A DNA stretch of 63,067 bases, filler included, from Saprolegnia diclina VS20 (taxonomy: Eukaryota): NCBI RefSeq assembly GCF_000281045.1. It is 5 parts of 2 records of this genome, joined end to end, with 100 filler letters (N's around TTAATTAATTAA, not from the genome) between each part and the next. Parts side by side here need not be neighbours in the genome. Positions count along the whole stretch, not along the records: positions 26,417 to 45,609 come from NW_008246087.1; positions 45,710 to 52,337 come from NW_008246087.1; 3 more parts are not named here. One strand, 5' to 3'. The translations under genes were made by a program, and so were the position numbers. Within the stretch, counting starts at the first letter, position 1. Every line of letters begins with the position of its first letter. The notes beneath the pieces were generated by a model. It had not been told where the DNA came from, made no database searches, and worked only from the letters and a program-made list of their open reading frames with translations. Below are positions 37,394 to 48,644 of this stretch, in pieces.

Positions 37394-38219
37394 GGCTCGA
37401 CTATTTAGGCACAAATAATAACTTATTCTCAAGCAAGCACGCTCACTACGATCGTATCCGCTTGATCAGCGAGACGGAGCCATGGGTCGCTTTTCTGTGC
37501 ACAACGATCCGCGCGTTTGGCTACTCGGTGAGCGGGAAATGAAAATGACACAGCAAAACTTCGAGCGAGTACAGTGGGTGCATTATCTCTATTGATAATT
37601 CCTACCGCGACCTTCTCGGACCTCGGAGGAGCAATGATGAAGGCGCAGGGCGCGGGCGCGCCGGCCGTTATCTGGTCAAATATTAGCTATGGGCGAGAAT
37701 GAGTAGGCGAAGATGTCGTAGGAGGCACTGTCGCGTGCGTCCTGCGAATCGTGCAGAGAGTCGACTTACGTTCCATCGTCGTCCTCTTCAAAGCTCGTAA
37801 ACATGCTGCGAACATCGACCATGTAGCCCGCGGCCTCGACGAGCATCGGCGTCGCGGCAACCAGCGCAGGGCGGACAAGCTGCGACGGCGCATGAGCCGA
37901 GAAGTTTCGGTGGTAGCAATAAGAGACGACGTACCGACTCTAAGACTACTTTCTGGTTGTGAATCCTCCGGATCGCGTTCGCAGTCGAGCGCGACGAGCC
38001 GCGGTCGAGCGCGCGCTGCATCGCGCGGTTCACGCGCAGGGTCGCGCCGGGACGGAAGAACATTTCGGACTCTGGCGACCAACAAGTTTGGCTGCAAAGA
38101 CTGGCGCCACATTTTGGCCAATGGCCTTGGCGCGTGCTACCAGCCGGATGCAGATTGGACAAAAAGATGAGAATTCCTATGAATATCTTGACGTGAACTT
38201 CAGTGAACAAGACGCCACC

Positions 38220-38492
38220 ATGGCATCGCCGTCCGAGACCCCGCTGCGCGTCAGCCCCTTCTTCCCGCGTGCGCCGAAGGCCTGCAAGGCCGTGGCCGAG
38301 CCCTTCTTCACCTGCCTCCACTCGCATGGCAAGCAACCCGAAGGCGTGAGCGACCCCGATGCCGGGACGAAGGCCATGGCCATCTGCGCGGCGCAGCTCC
38401 AGGCCTACAACCAGTGCGTCGACCAAGCGCTCACGAACAAGCCCAAGAAGCTCTTCCGCGTGCCTGAGGCCTACCGCGTTCGCGATGAGTAG
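38220..38492 (+). CDS. Twin CX9C (CHCH-like) small protein, probably mitochondrial intermembrane space
   Basis: 90 aa with C-KAVAEPFFT-C and C-AAQLQAYNQ-C. Confidence 0.75.
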   Translation: MASPSETPLRVSPFFPRAPKACKAVAEPFFTCLHSHGKQPEGVSDPDAGTKAMAICAAQLQAYNQCVDQALTNKPKKLFRVPEAYRVRDE

Positions 38493-38769
38493 GTTGGAAT
38501 AAGTTTATTCGACATAGACTCTGTCGACCGTGCGCTCGTCGCTTGCATCACCGCGCGCGGATCGTGGTGTCGCACTATGGCTACCGGTACCTGGCGAGGC
38601 CCTCGGCGCAATGGGCTCGTGGGCCGAAGACGTGCAACGGGTACACATTCTCTATGTCTTATAATGATGGACGATGTATTATGCTTTCACACGGACAACA
38701 ACGGGGTCGACGCCACGTCGCACGGACGAAGAAAGTCGCCCGATGTACACGATGTAGTCGCGCGGCCGC

Positions 38770-39309
38770 TTACTGCGGGACGTCCTTCTCCCAGTCGTAG
38801 TTGGCGATTTCTTCATCGATTTCGTCCACGATCTCCGGGTGCATGGCGGCGACCTCATCGATCGTCGTGGCCTTGGTCGTGCGCGTCTCTTCCATCAACG
38901 CAATGAGTTCCTTGAGCTCCTCAATGCGCTCGACCGAGTCGACAATCTCGGCGTCGAGGCGCTCGTACGTCGGCTTCAAGTCGGCCTCGAGCGAGCTGCC
39001 GGCCGTGTAGCAGTCAACAGGCTTGATGTCGGGGAAGACAATGCTGGCGTAGTTCTCCTCAAGCGCCTCGACGAGGTCCTTGTTCTTGATCAAGGCCTTG
39101 TAATGTGCGAAGTTGATCTTCTCCGGCTCGCCGGCAAACTCACGAGCCTCGGCCATGATGGCCGCATGCGCCTGCTTGAGCGAGTCGAGCGACGCACGGG
39201 CGCGCGGGTCCGCGAGCTTGGCGCGGAGCGGCTCCCACTGCGTCGTCAGCGTCAGAGAGCTGTAGGCGCGGTTCGAGCGCTTCAGGAGAGCCACGCTAAG
39301 ACGGTTCAT
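38770..39309 (-). CDS. ATP5PD: Mitochondrial ATP synthase subunit d
   Basis: Basic presequence MNRLSVALLKRSNRAYSS; PEKINFAHYKALIKNKDLVEALEENY; TTIDEVAAMHPEIVDEIDEEIANYDW. Confidence 0.85.
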   Translation of the reverse strand: MNRLSVALLKRSNRAYSSLTLTTQWEPLRAKLADPRARASLDSLKQAHAAIMAEAREFAGEPEKINFAHYKALIKNKDLVEALEENYASIVFPDIKPVDCYTAGSSLEADLKPTYERLDAEIVDSVERIEELKELIALMEETRTTKATTIDEVAAMHPEIVDEIDEEIANYDWEKDVPQ

Positions 39310-40000
39310 CGTGACAAAGTCGTTTGCAAAAAGCACCAATTGACTACTAAAGCTCAGCCACCCACGGCCGTCCGCTCCAAACCTCCGCCTTCGAATACGC
39401 GTGGCGCAACCTCTGAGAATACATATCTTCGTTTTTTCCGTGGCGTTCGGCACGGCCCCTCTCTTTTTATTCCAAAGTAGGAGAATAACATACAAATACG
39501 TATATAAAATTTCAAGAAGCCAAAAAAAGATGGTGACAGAGGGCATTAAAATACGCTTTGATAACACCATTTGAATGTAAGGTACGCTGCACCGATTTCG
39601 TGTGCTCGTGTTCGTGGCAGTTCACATACAAACACCGAGGTAAAGAAGACGCACCTCCTGTATCATAAGCGCACCTACGGCTCAGGAGTCGGCAAGTCGA
39701 CACAGCGGACACGTTAAAGAACGATGATTGTGGAGACCGTAGCCGGCTTAGAGAGTGCGAATTTATAGAGCAAGTACCAAGTGCCGCGATCTGGCGACTG
39801 TATGGTACAGGCGAGTGACTTCGTCGCGTCGGCGATGGATTTAGGTGCGTTTCCACACTATTTAGTGATGAATAATGCAGCAATCGGCACCGTTTACGGC
39901 GATAGGTGCGTGAATGCGTGGGCATAAAAGCGCACCAGTTAGGTCTTCCTCCGAAGGCCAAAGCTTGATTTTCGTGGCAGGAAGAAGCAGCAGCAGCAAG

Positions 40001-40303
40001 ATGATGATGGAGACGGGCACCGAGAAGTTCAAGCGCAAGTTCGCCGAGAACCCGTTCGTCCCTGTGGGCTGCGCCGTGACGGCGGTGGTCCTTGCGGGCG
40101 GCCTGCGCACGTTTGTCTCGGGCGGCGACTCGCGGACACAGCAAAAGTTTATGCGCGCTCGTATCTTCGCCCAGGGCGCGACGGTGGTGGCACTCGCCGT
40201 CGGCGCAATCATGACCGACAACAAGTCGCCGACCGGCAAGTATCTCAACGGCCTCAAGGACCAGCTCCTCGGCAAGCCCGTGGCCGGCGATGAGACCAAG
40301 TAG
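40001..40303 (+). CDS. HIG1-domain protein (Rcf1/HIGD-like)
   Basis: EKFKRKFAENPFVPVGCAVT...QQKFMRARIFAQGATVVAL matches the HIG1 QRRQ-type motif. Confidence 0.9.
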   Translation: MMMETGTEKFKRKFAENPFVPVGCAVTAVVLAGGLRTFVSGGDSRTQQKFMRARIFAQGATVVALAVGAIMTDNKSPTGKYLNGLKDQLLGKPVAGDETK

Positions 40304-40356
40304 TAATGACAACACGCTTGTTTTTATATAGTATCGAGTCGTGTTGCGAGCGTCTA

Positions 40357-41577
40357 CTAGGCGAGGAAGAACATGAAGAAGACGACAAAGATCAAGAGGA
40401 TCGCCGAGATCTTCATCGTGAGCATGCGGTTGTTGGAGAGGCTATTGTAGAACTTTTCGAGTTGCTCCTGGCCCGCCGAGATGTTCATGACGGTCTCGTC
40501 TACGTTGTCGTCGATCCTAGCACCACACACGACTCAGTAGAGCCCTTCAAACAAAGAGAAGTTGCGCGTACCGCTGCACCATGTCGCCTTGCTCACTGAT
40601 CATGACGGCGAGCCGCTGAAAGATCTCGCCCAGCTCGACAATGTGCGATTGAATGTTGCCCACGGCCTCGGCACGGGACTCAGCGTAGCCTTGCTCGTTT
40701 ACAACAAACTCTTGACTCTACGTACTCGATGACGCCACGGTTCGATCAGTGGAGAGGGTACCTGGGCGGCGATGAGCGGCGCCGACTCGCTTTCGCCAGC
40801 ATCCACGCCGTCCGGACGCGGCAAGGACTGAAATGCCAGTGGCTTGCCGAGCAGACTGCCATTGCATATGTAAGGATACCACGTGCATGTTTGTAGTCTA
40901 CCTCGGGTTGGATCGGCCATATTGAGATTTCCGCTCGTGCTGATGCTGCAACGTCTCTTGCCGGACCTACGCGTCATGTCAACAAACAGAGCTCGCGAGG
41001 AGCAGCGCACCTGCAGAATGTCCTTGAAACCTTGTGTGGTCGACACGAGCGATGTCTTCATTTGGCTCACGATCGTATCCGAGTGCTTGGCTGCTTGATG
41101 GGAGGAGTATCCGGCCCGCTGGCTTTCTTGGTAGACCTAGGACGTACATGCGCTTCATGGCCTTCTCAAGAGATGGACGTACGTGGAGATCGTCGAGCTT
41201 GGCGTGGATGATGTTGATGTCTTGCTTGACGAGCTGCGTGAGCTCGTTGATTTGGTTGGTCGGGTCGTTAAACATGTTGGTCTGCCGAACGACTAGCACG
41301 AGTAGGCATGAGGTCGACGTCGCTAGGCGCGCCAGTACATACGCAACGTGAGCTGCTGCAGCCGCTGTGATACTTTGTTGACGTCCTTCGAGACGTCCGA
41401 AGCCGCCGCATTGAACTGCGCTTGCTGCTGCGCGGCCGAGAGCGGCTTCTACAGAGGGAGCGTTCGCCGTCGTCGCCACCGCGTGGGCCATCGTACCTGC
41501 TTCCGGGGCTTCGGGGGATCGACCCGAGGGACGTGGCCTTGGCAAAGGCGCAAGAATTCGTACGTCCGGTCGGTCAT
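40357..41577 (-). CDS. STX5: Syntaxin-5 (Sed5) Qa-SNARE, multi-exon
   Basis: MTDRTYEF N-peptide; MFNDPTNQINELTQLVKQDI; SRAEAVGNIQSHIVELGEIFQRLAVMISEQGDMVQR|IDDNV; C-terminal TM KISAILLIFVVFFMFFLA. Confidence 0.93.
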
Positions 41578-41892
41578 CCTGGCGCGGCAAGTCGTCTGTC
41601 CCGTCCCGATGCGGCCAGGGCTTTATTACACACCCTCGGCTGCCGTCGTTTTGACCGGCGCCCGATTTTCATGGACCCTCGACTCCACCATCGCACTGGA
41701 TGTTTGTATGGGGACGTTCTTGTTTTTTGAGGGCCCCCTACTTTGCATGGCACCTTTGGATTGGCTGTAACTTTGATATTTCCGTCAATGACCACCAATC
41801 ACAATCGCGCAGGCTTTATTTGCAGACAGCCAAGACGATCTTGGTCACGCTTGACTCATTGTTGCGCTCAGAACGGAGGCCAGCTCGCCACG

Positions 41893-42840
41893 ATGGCAGC
41901 GAGACGCGTCCTTTGCAACCCCGACTTGGTAGTGCTGCTCTGGGCCTTCCAGCCCGGGCTCCCTCGTGATCTCTACGACCTCGTGGCCGAGTGCCGAGCG
42001 ATCGCGACGTGCCGCAGCTACGACGACGCGCTGTATTACCTCTTGCCAGCCCGATATGAACGATCCCTCGCATCGCTAAAGGTGCAAATCGCTGACGCCA
42101 GCAAACTTGAGCTCGAGCTCGAGGGCGATGTCGACGTGAGCCAGAAGCATCTCGTGTCGGCGAGCGCTCTCTTCCTCTGCGAAGCTGCGCCGGCGGCCAT
42201 GCTCGCCATGCATCTCTTGGTCCTCACGCTGGACCTCGAGCGTTTACACCGATGGCTGCGCTTCCAGTCGCCACCAAATGTAGTACTCTCGTCCAACACA
42301 CTCGACTTTGCGGCACGTTGTGGACGCATCGAGGTGCTCGAGTACCTTCTCATCATCGCTAGTCCCATGCGATGCTCGTCCAGGGGCTACGACGCTGCAG
42401 CCAAGTACGGCTGTCTCCCCATCGTCGATCGTCTCGAGAGACTTGGTGTTCCTTGCACCGAAGCGGCTATCGACGGCGCTGCGCTTCACGGACATTTGGC
42501 CGTCGTCGCCTACTTGCATGGGCGCGGAAAGCCGTGCACGACGCTGGCCATGAGCGGCGCAGCAGCCAAAGGCCACCTCGAGGTCGTTCGCTATCTCCAT
42601 GTCCATCGACACGAAGGCTGCACATCGTGGGCCATGATCGGTGCCGTCACAGGCGGCTTTGAGCGCACCATTGCGTTCCTCCAAGGGCACCGGCCGGAGT
42701 GCGCTCCGACGCTTCGCCCTCCATCCCGCCCACGCGCCACCGCATCTAGTAGCTCGCGCGCTCGACCACTCTCGGCGGTCGACGCTGAGCTGCTGGCCTA
42801 CCTGTGCCCGTCGGCTGCGTCGACGGCTCAACAATGTTAA
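41893..42840 (+). CDS. Oomycete-type ankyrin-repeat protein
   Basis: VLCNPDL...FQPGLP N-terminus; repeats AIDGAALHGHLAVVAYLH and AMSGAAAKGHLEVVRYLH...EGCT. Confidence 0.88.
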   Translation: MAARRVLCNPDLVVLLWAFQPGLPRDLYDLVAECRAIATCRSYDDALYYLLPARYERSLASLKVQIADASKLELELEGDVDVSQKHLVSASALFLCEAAPAAMLAMHLLVLTLDLERLHRWLRFQSPPNVVLSSNTLDFAARCGRIEVLEYLLIIASPMRCSSRGYDAAAKYGCLPIVDRLERLGVPCTEAAIDGAALHGHLAVVAYLHGRGKPCTTLAMSGAAAKGHLEVVRYLHVHRHEGCTSWAMIGAVTGGFERTIAFLQGHRPECAPTLRPPSRPRATASSSSRARPLSAVDAELLAYLCPSAASTAQQC

Positions 42841-42998
42841 ATAAGAGTTGCGTGTGTTTAGTTTGACGTGCCAGCGGTTTTGGGTTTTGGCGGGAGGTTG
42901 GGGCCGAATTGACCGCAGCTGCAATGCCTAATTAGGCCGAAAAAGCCGAATTGCATTCACAGAGGCACTGGACGAGGCCATTTTCGATATCTGCGGCG

Positions 42999-44615
42999 AT
43001 GGAGAAGGAGCAAGTGGTGAGCAACGTCTTCTGGGGCCACAGCAGCGGCGTCCTCGTCGTCAACCCGTCCGGGCTCCTCTGGCGCAGCCGGCAGACCGAG
43101 TCCCAGAAGAAGGTGCTGAAGGACGATATTGTGAGCCTCCTCTACTCGGCCATGGGCCCCAAGCAGTTCCACCTCAAGGTCTCGCAGAAGGGCGGGCGCA
43201 CCGTGCGCTTCGCCGGCCTCAAGACGGCCGACATTGACGTGCTCAAGAAGTGCGCGCCGGACTTTCTCGGGCGCGACCTCGAGGAAGAGCAAGTCGCGGC
43301 CGCCGGCGGCAACTGGGGCACAATGCAGTTCCAGGGCTCCAACCTCAACTTTATGGTGCAAGACCATGGCATTGCGATGGATCTGCCGCTCGAGTCGATC
43401 TCGCAATGCGCGCTGCCGGGCAAGACCGAAGTCGAGCTCCAATTCCACGAAGACGACACGATCGCGGGCGACGAAGAGACGCTGGTCGAGATGCGCTTGT
43501 ACATTCCGGGCGACCTCGAAGACGGCATGAGCGCCGAGTCGTTCAAAGACGATGTGCTCGCGCGCGCCAACATTAGCAACATTACTGGCAAGAGCATCGT
43601 CGAGCTCGACGAGTCGATGGGCACGTTCCTCACGCCCCGTGGGCGGTACGCGATCGAGCTCTACGGGTCGTTCTTGCGCATGCACGGCAAGACGTACGAC
43701 TACAAGATCATGTACAGCAACATCAACCGCTGCTTCCTCCTCGAGTACCCCAACTCGACCAACACGGCGTTTGTCATTTCGCTCGAAGAGCCGATCCGCC
43801 AAGGCAAGCAAGGCTACCCGCACCTCGTGCTCCAGCTCGCGCGCGATGAAGTCCATATCGATGTCAACTTGACCCAAGACGAGATCAAGGCGTACGACGG
43901 CAACATCCACGAGCGCATGTCGGGCGCCTTGCCGCAGATCGTCGCGACGCTCTTCAAGTTTATCATTGGCAAGAAGGTCTACACGTCCGGCAAGTTTGTC
44001 ACGCACTCTGGCGACCGCGCCGTCAAGTGCGCGGTCAAGGCCAACTCGGGCGTCCTCTTCCCGCTCGAAAAGTCGTTTATGTTTATCCACAAGCCCACGA
44101 CGTTCATCCGGTACGACGACGTCGACTACATTGAGTTTCAGCGCTACGCCGGCCAGTCGGGCACGTCGGCGTCGCGCAACTTTGATTTGCTCGTGAGCTG
44201 CCGCGCGGTCGGCCAAGAGCTCGCGCACGAGACGCTCTTCTCGGCCATTGACCGGCGCGAGTTCCCCGAGCTCTCGCAGTTTTTGACGTCCAAGAAGCTC
44301 AAGATCCGCAACCTCAAGGAGACGCAGGCGACGGCGCCGGCCAAGCGCGGCTACGAGGAGATGAACGAGGCGCTTGGGCCGGAAGAAGGCGAGGTCGACG
44401 AAGAAGAGGAAGAAGACTCGGACTTTGGCCCGGGCGCCGAGTCGGACGACGACGGCTCAGACGACTTTTCCGACGAGAGTCTCAGCGGCAACGACGAAGA
44501 AGAGGACGCCAACGACGATGGCCAAGCCAAGAAGACGGACAAGAAGAAGAAGAAGGACAAGAAGAAGAAGGCCAAGAAGGCCAAGACCGGCGGCTCGGAC
44601 GACGAGGCCGAGTAG
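42999..44615 (+). CDS. SSRP1: FACT complex subunit SSRP1/Pob3
   Basis: GGNWG, LVEMRLYIP, FLTPRGRY, LRMHGKTYDYKI, PIRQGKQGYPHLVLQ, GVLFPLEKSFMFIHKP; acidic then Lys-rich tail. Confidence 0.96.
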   Translation: MEKEQVVSNVFWGHSSGVLVVNPSGLLWRSRQTESQKKVLKDDIVSLLYSAMGPKQFHLKVSQKGGRTVRFAGLKTADIDVLKKCAPDFLGRDLEEEQVAAAGGNWGTMQFQGSNLNFMVQDHGIAMDLPLESISQCALPGKTEVELQFHEDDTIAGDEETLVEMRLYIPGDLEDGMSAESFKDDVLARANISNITGKSIVELDESMGTFLTPRGRYAIELYGSFLRMHGKTYDYKIMYSNINRCFLLEYPNSTNTAFVISLEEPIRQGKQGYPHLVLQLARDEVHIDVNLTQDEIKAYDGNIHERMSGALPQIVATLFKFIIGKKVYTSGKFVTHSGDRAVKCAVKANSGVLFPLEKSFMFIHKPTTFIRYDDVDYIEFQRYAGQSGTSASRNFDLLVSCRAVGQELAHETLFSAIDRREFPELSQFLTSKKLKIRNLKETQATAPAKRGYEEMNEALGPEEGEVDEEEEEDSDFGPGAESDDDGSDDFSDESLSGNDEEEDANDDGQAKKTDKKKKKDKKKKAKKAKTGGSDDEAE

Positions 44616-44864
44616 GATGTTAATCTATCCACAATCAATACGTGGCTGCATATCTCGAAAGATGGGAATCTTGCTAATGCTGTCGACACCGTCTCGTCAC
44701 CATTGCGATGTTCCTGTTGCGATAGTCTCGACGAGTTTGCTACGCAGCAGAGGCGTGTGATTGGTCAGCGCGATGGTCGAGGCGGCCAATGGGGCGTCGA
44801 CAAACGGATCTTGTTGTGGGACGAGAATCAATGAAATATGCAATGTTGAGCGAGTTAGTCATCG

Positions 44865-45609
44865 CTAGTAGAACCCAAGTCGGTGCAGCTGTGTCTCGAG
44901 GTCCCGGATTTGTTTCGAGAGCTCTTGCGTACGCTTGAAGAGGGCGCTCGTCGAGAGTCCTTCGATTGTGGTTTGCAGCTCCCGGATCGTCGTCGCGTTG
45001 GATTCTTGAGCGGCTTCGGCCGTGACCGCCCGCGTCTCGAGCGCCTGCATGTCGGACTTGGCGTCCGTCTCCTGCGTCTGCAGCGCCGTTTCCAAGGCGG
45101 CTACGCGCGCCAGGAGGTTTGTCGTCTCCTCCTGGAGCTTCGCCTTGGCCGCTGCGAGCTCCGACTTGTCGGACGAGAGCGCGTTGACACCGGCCGAGAG
45201 ATCGTTGATGGTCGTCATGAGCTTCAAGATCTTGTTCTCGAGGCGCAGCTCGTTCGATGCGGCGCGGGCAGCTGCATCGTCGGCTTGCGCTTTGAGCGCC
45301 TCGTAAGCCTTGCGTTCTGCTTCGAGCTCTGCGGCTGCGACCAGGTCTGGCGGTGCCGGTGGCTCACCCAGAACCACCTCCATGTCGCTGTCAAAGTCGG
45401 TGTCTTCGAGAAGCGGCCCATCAAAGACGGTCCACTGACTCCATTCATCGACGTCGCTGCAAGCTGGGCAAACCACACGGCGGCCGCGTACAGCATCTTC
45501 GTACTTGTCTCGAAACTCTGCACCCTTGGCGGCTAGCGCCTTCTCGTGCTCGGCCTGGAGCTGCTGGATGTCCGCTTCGTGCTCCGAGGCGCCGGCCAAA
45601 GCCGCTTGA
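44865..45609 (-). CDS. Coiled-coil protein, 5' truncated by scaffold end
   Basis: Heptad-rich ORF runs into the linker; probable in-frame intron near 45440-45490. Confidence 0.6.
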
Positions 45610-45709
45610 NNNNNNNNNNNNNNNNNNNNNNNNNNNNNNNNNNNNNNNNNNNNTTAATTAATTAANNNNNNNNNNNNNNNNNNNNNNNNNNNNNNNNNNN
45701 NNNNNNNNN
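45610..45709. other. Artificial scaffold linker
   Basis: N-TTAATTAATTAA-N block. Confidence 0.97.
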
Positions 45710-45948
45710 TTCTCATCTCTCTTCATCGCGCAACATCCATGTGGCTTCAAGAACACCACAAGTTGTACGAGCTGTCGACCACGCCCGTCCAGCGCCGATC
45801 ACAAATCGTGGCGCTCACCGCTGTCGCACCCCAAACCCTAGGGAATATACTGGGTTATAACCTTGAAAACCCTTGTCCAACCCTAACCCAGCAACAACTG
45901 TCAACTGGAAAAAATGCAAACCACCGAGTGTTAGTAGAGAGGCTTTGA

Positions 45949-47849
45949 CTAAAAGTACAAGCCCGGCGCCTGGGTCGTCGCCCACTGCGCCGTGCGAAGC
46001 GCGCCAAGAGCAAACACTTCGCGGCGCGTCGCAACGTGCGTGATCTCGATGCGCTCGCCAGGCCCCGCAAAGTAGACCGTGTGCGTACCAATCTCGTCGC
46101 CAAGGCGAAGGCTTTCACAGCTCACGCTCTCAAAGACGCCGGTTGCTTGCACCGCCGCTGCGAGCGTCTTGCCCGTGCCGCTGGGCGCATCGAGCTTCTT
46201 CGTGTGGTGCATCTCGAGCACCTGCGTGTTCCACGAGCCGTCCTTGGGCAGTGCGTGCGCGGCCGACGCTGCGAGGTCCGCGACCAGCGGGACACCGATC
46301 GAAAAGTTGCTCTTGATGACGACCGGCGCGCGCTCGGCGTACTTGCGCAAGAGGTCCATCGGCAAGCTGCCAGTCGTGCCAATCACAAGCGCCGGCGACG
46401 ACGACCCGGCGAGGAGCTTGGTCACGAGCGCGGCCGTGCCTGCTGGCAACGTCACGTCAATCACCACCTAGTAGTATCAATGTATCAGTTGTGGCGTTGC
46501 ATCATCGAGCGTTGTACCTGCGCGGCGGCGGGAAGCGGCGCCGGTGTCCGGACGTCAATGGTTGACGAAGCGAACGACACCGTGTCCTTGGCGAGCTCGG
46601 CCGCAATCAAGTTGCCGAGACGCCCCTTGGCGCCGTGGAGGGCGATGGAGAGGGCTTTCGACGTGGTGGACGATGTCGTAGCCAGTGTCGCTGTCGACGC
46701 CTTGAGCGCTTGGTACTCGGTGATGGCGGCGGCGAGGCGGTCGGCCCCGAGCACCATCTCGTCGGCCGTGTACCACGAGAAACTCAAGCGCAAAAAGTTG
46801 GTCATCGATGCGCCAAACGACGAGCCGGGGAGGAAGAGCACCTTGTGCTTCTCGGCGATCGGGAGGAGCTCCGAGGCGAGGAGGCCCTTTGGGAGCTTGA
46901 CCAGGATAAAGTACCCGCCGTCCGGGCGCTCAAACGTCGTGCCAGATGGCAGCTTGGCCGCGAGCGCCTTCATGAGCGTGTCGGCGCGCGACCAGAGCGT
47001 CGCGGTGGTCCACTCGAGGTGCTTTTGCTGCCCGCCCGACGTGATCGCTGCGTGCACGATGCCCTGTACGACGGGGTTGATACCGCCGCTGCTGTCGAGC
47101 TGCCCAGACGCGATGAGCGGCGTGAGGAGCTTGGTCGACGCTTGGATCCACCCGAGGCGGAGCGCTGGCGCCAGGATCTTGGAGAACGACCCGAGCGCAA
47201 ACACTGTGCCGTACTTGTCAAAGGTAAACATGGGCGGCGGCGGCGTAATGTGCGGGAACGAGAGCAGCTGGTAGACCTCGTCGGCGATGATCATAAAGCC
47301 GTACTCGTGGCTGAGCTCGACGAGTCGCGCGCGCTTGGCGACGCTCATGGTGCGGCCCGTCGGGTTGTGGCACGTCGGGATCGTGTAGAGCGCCTTCGGC
47401 ACGACACCCGACTTGAGAAGCGCCTCGAGCTTGTCGATGTTGAGGCCGTCTTCCTCCATTTCGATCTGGCGAACGTTCATCTTGAAGTCCTTCATGATGC
47501 TCAGCGCCAAAAAGTACGATGGCTCCTCGAGGAAGACGAGGTCGCCCGACTTGAGGTAGATGGAGCAGAGGAGCGCAAGGCCGCCCGTGACACCGTTCGT
47601 GATGAAGAGCTGCTCCGGGTCGACAGGCGCCTGGTACCCTTTTGAGAGAAAGGTCGCAAGCGACGAGCGGAACTTGGGGTAGCCCTTGATGTGGCCGTAC
47701 TGGAGGAACATCGGGTCCGTCTCGGTGAACTTGGCGGCCGCGCTCTCGCGGATGAGCTGCAGCGGCAGCATCGTCTCGGCGGGCTGGCCCACCTTGAAGT
47801 TGATCATGACGTCCGCCGTCGGGACAATGTATTGGCCGTAGTCGCCCAT
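45949..47849 (-). CDS. Fusion protein: class I/II PLP aminotransferase (LysN/Aro8/MocR-like) + 4-hydroxy-tetrahydrodipicolinate reductase (DapB), ~616 aa, 2 exons
   Basis: Aminotransferase motifs EEPSY, PTCHNPTG, IIADEVY, GSFSKILAPALRLGW, LRLSF. A Thr/Ser linker and Rossmann GAKGRLG follow in the same ORF. A 50-nt intron at 46468-46517 (CAG|GTACAA...TAG|GTG) joins in frame to VIDVT, VIGTTG, SNFSIGV, EMHHTKKLDAPSGT, ERIEITHVATRREVFALGA. Confidence 0.92.
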
Positions 47850-48644
47850 GTTGTAAGATTTCGAAAATGCAAACTGGGAACCGTCCGACGCTTGGATCGC
47901 GACATGTTGAAGATTGTATGGTATACAAACACTAAGATAATGGAAACAGCCTCGCGATTGGCCGGTACGTGGCACGACCACAGGATTCTTCCCGTGACCG
48001 TGTGGCGACCTCGCACGTGCTTGTGCAATCGGTGCGTCGTTGAAGTCGTCACATGGATACCTACCGCTGATCACATACGACTTCGGACAAGTTAGCTCGG
48101 AACACTAGTACTACGGCGCGATAAGCGAGCAGCAACAATAATCTCACAAGGCGCTCGCATTGGACACGTGCACGAGGCGAGAGGCAGATTCAAGCACTTG
48201 GGCTTCACAGGGCATCCAATAGCTTCGTTCCTGTCAGTAGGAACGTTCGTGGAATCGTATTTATTGTTATTGAAGTCGTTGGGAACACGGTTGACTCGGA
48301 TGGAGCAGGCAAATTAGGTGTACTCGTTGTTGAACACGGGGAACCCGCCGTTGGAATTGCATGTGCCGCGAACAGCGGACCACAGGAGGACATCTACCGC
48401 AATCGGAGCCAATCATCGATCGCCACGTCATGACGGGCGCTCCGTCGCACGCGTGCCTCTGTCAAGAACACGCTACCAAGTGAAACCGCATTGCCGCTCG
48501 AGCATTATTCGCCATTGTGCAAACCACATTTCTGAGGCTTGTATTTCTGAGTGAGGACAAGTTGGACAAAACGACAGATAGATGGGTAGATAGAGATGAC
48601 TATGTTTTTGTTGTCAATGAGCATGTTTATACAATACGGATCGG

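Noticed and set aside
45834..45890. AAACCCTA/AACCCTAACCC telomere-like words near a scaffold start
   Set aside because: Only scattered single units, not a tandem telomeric array.
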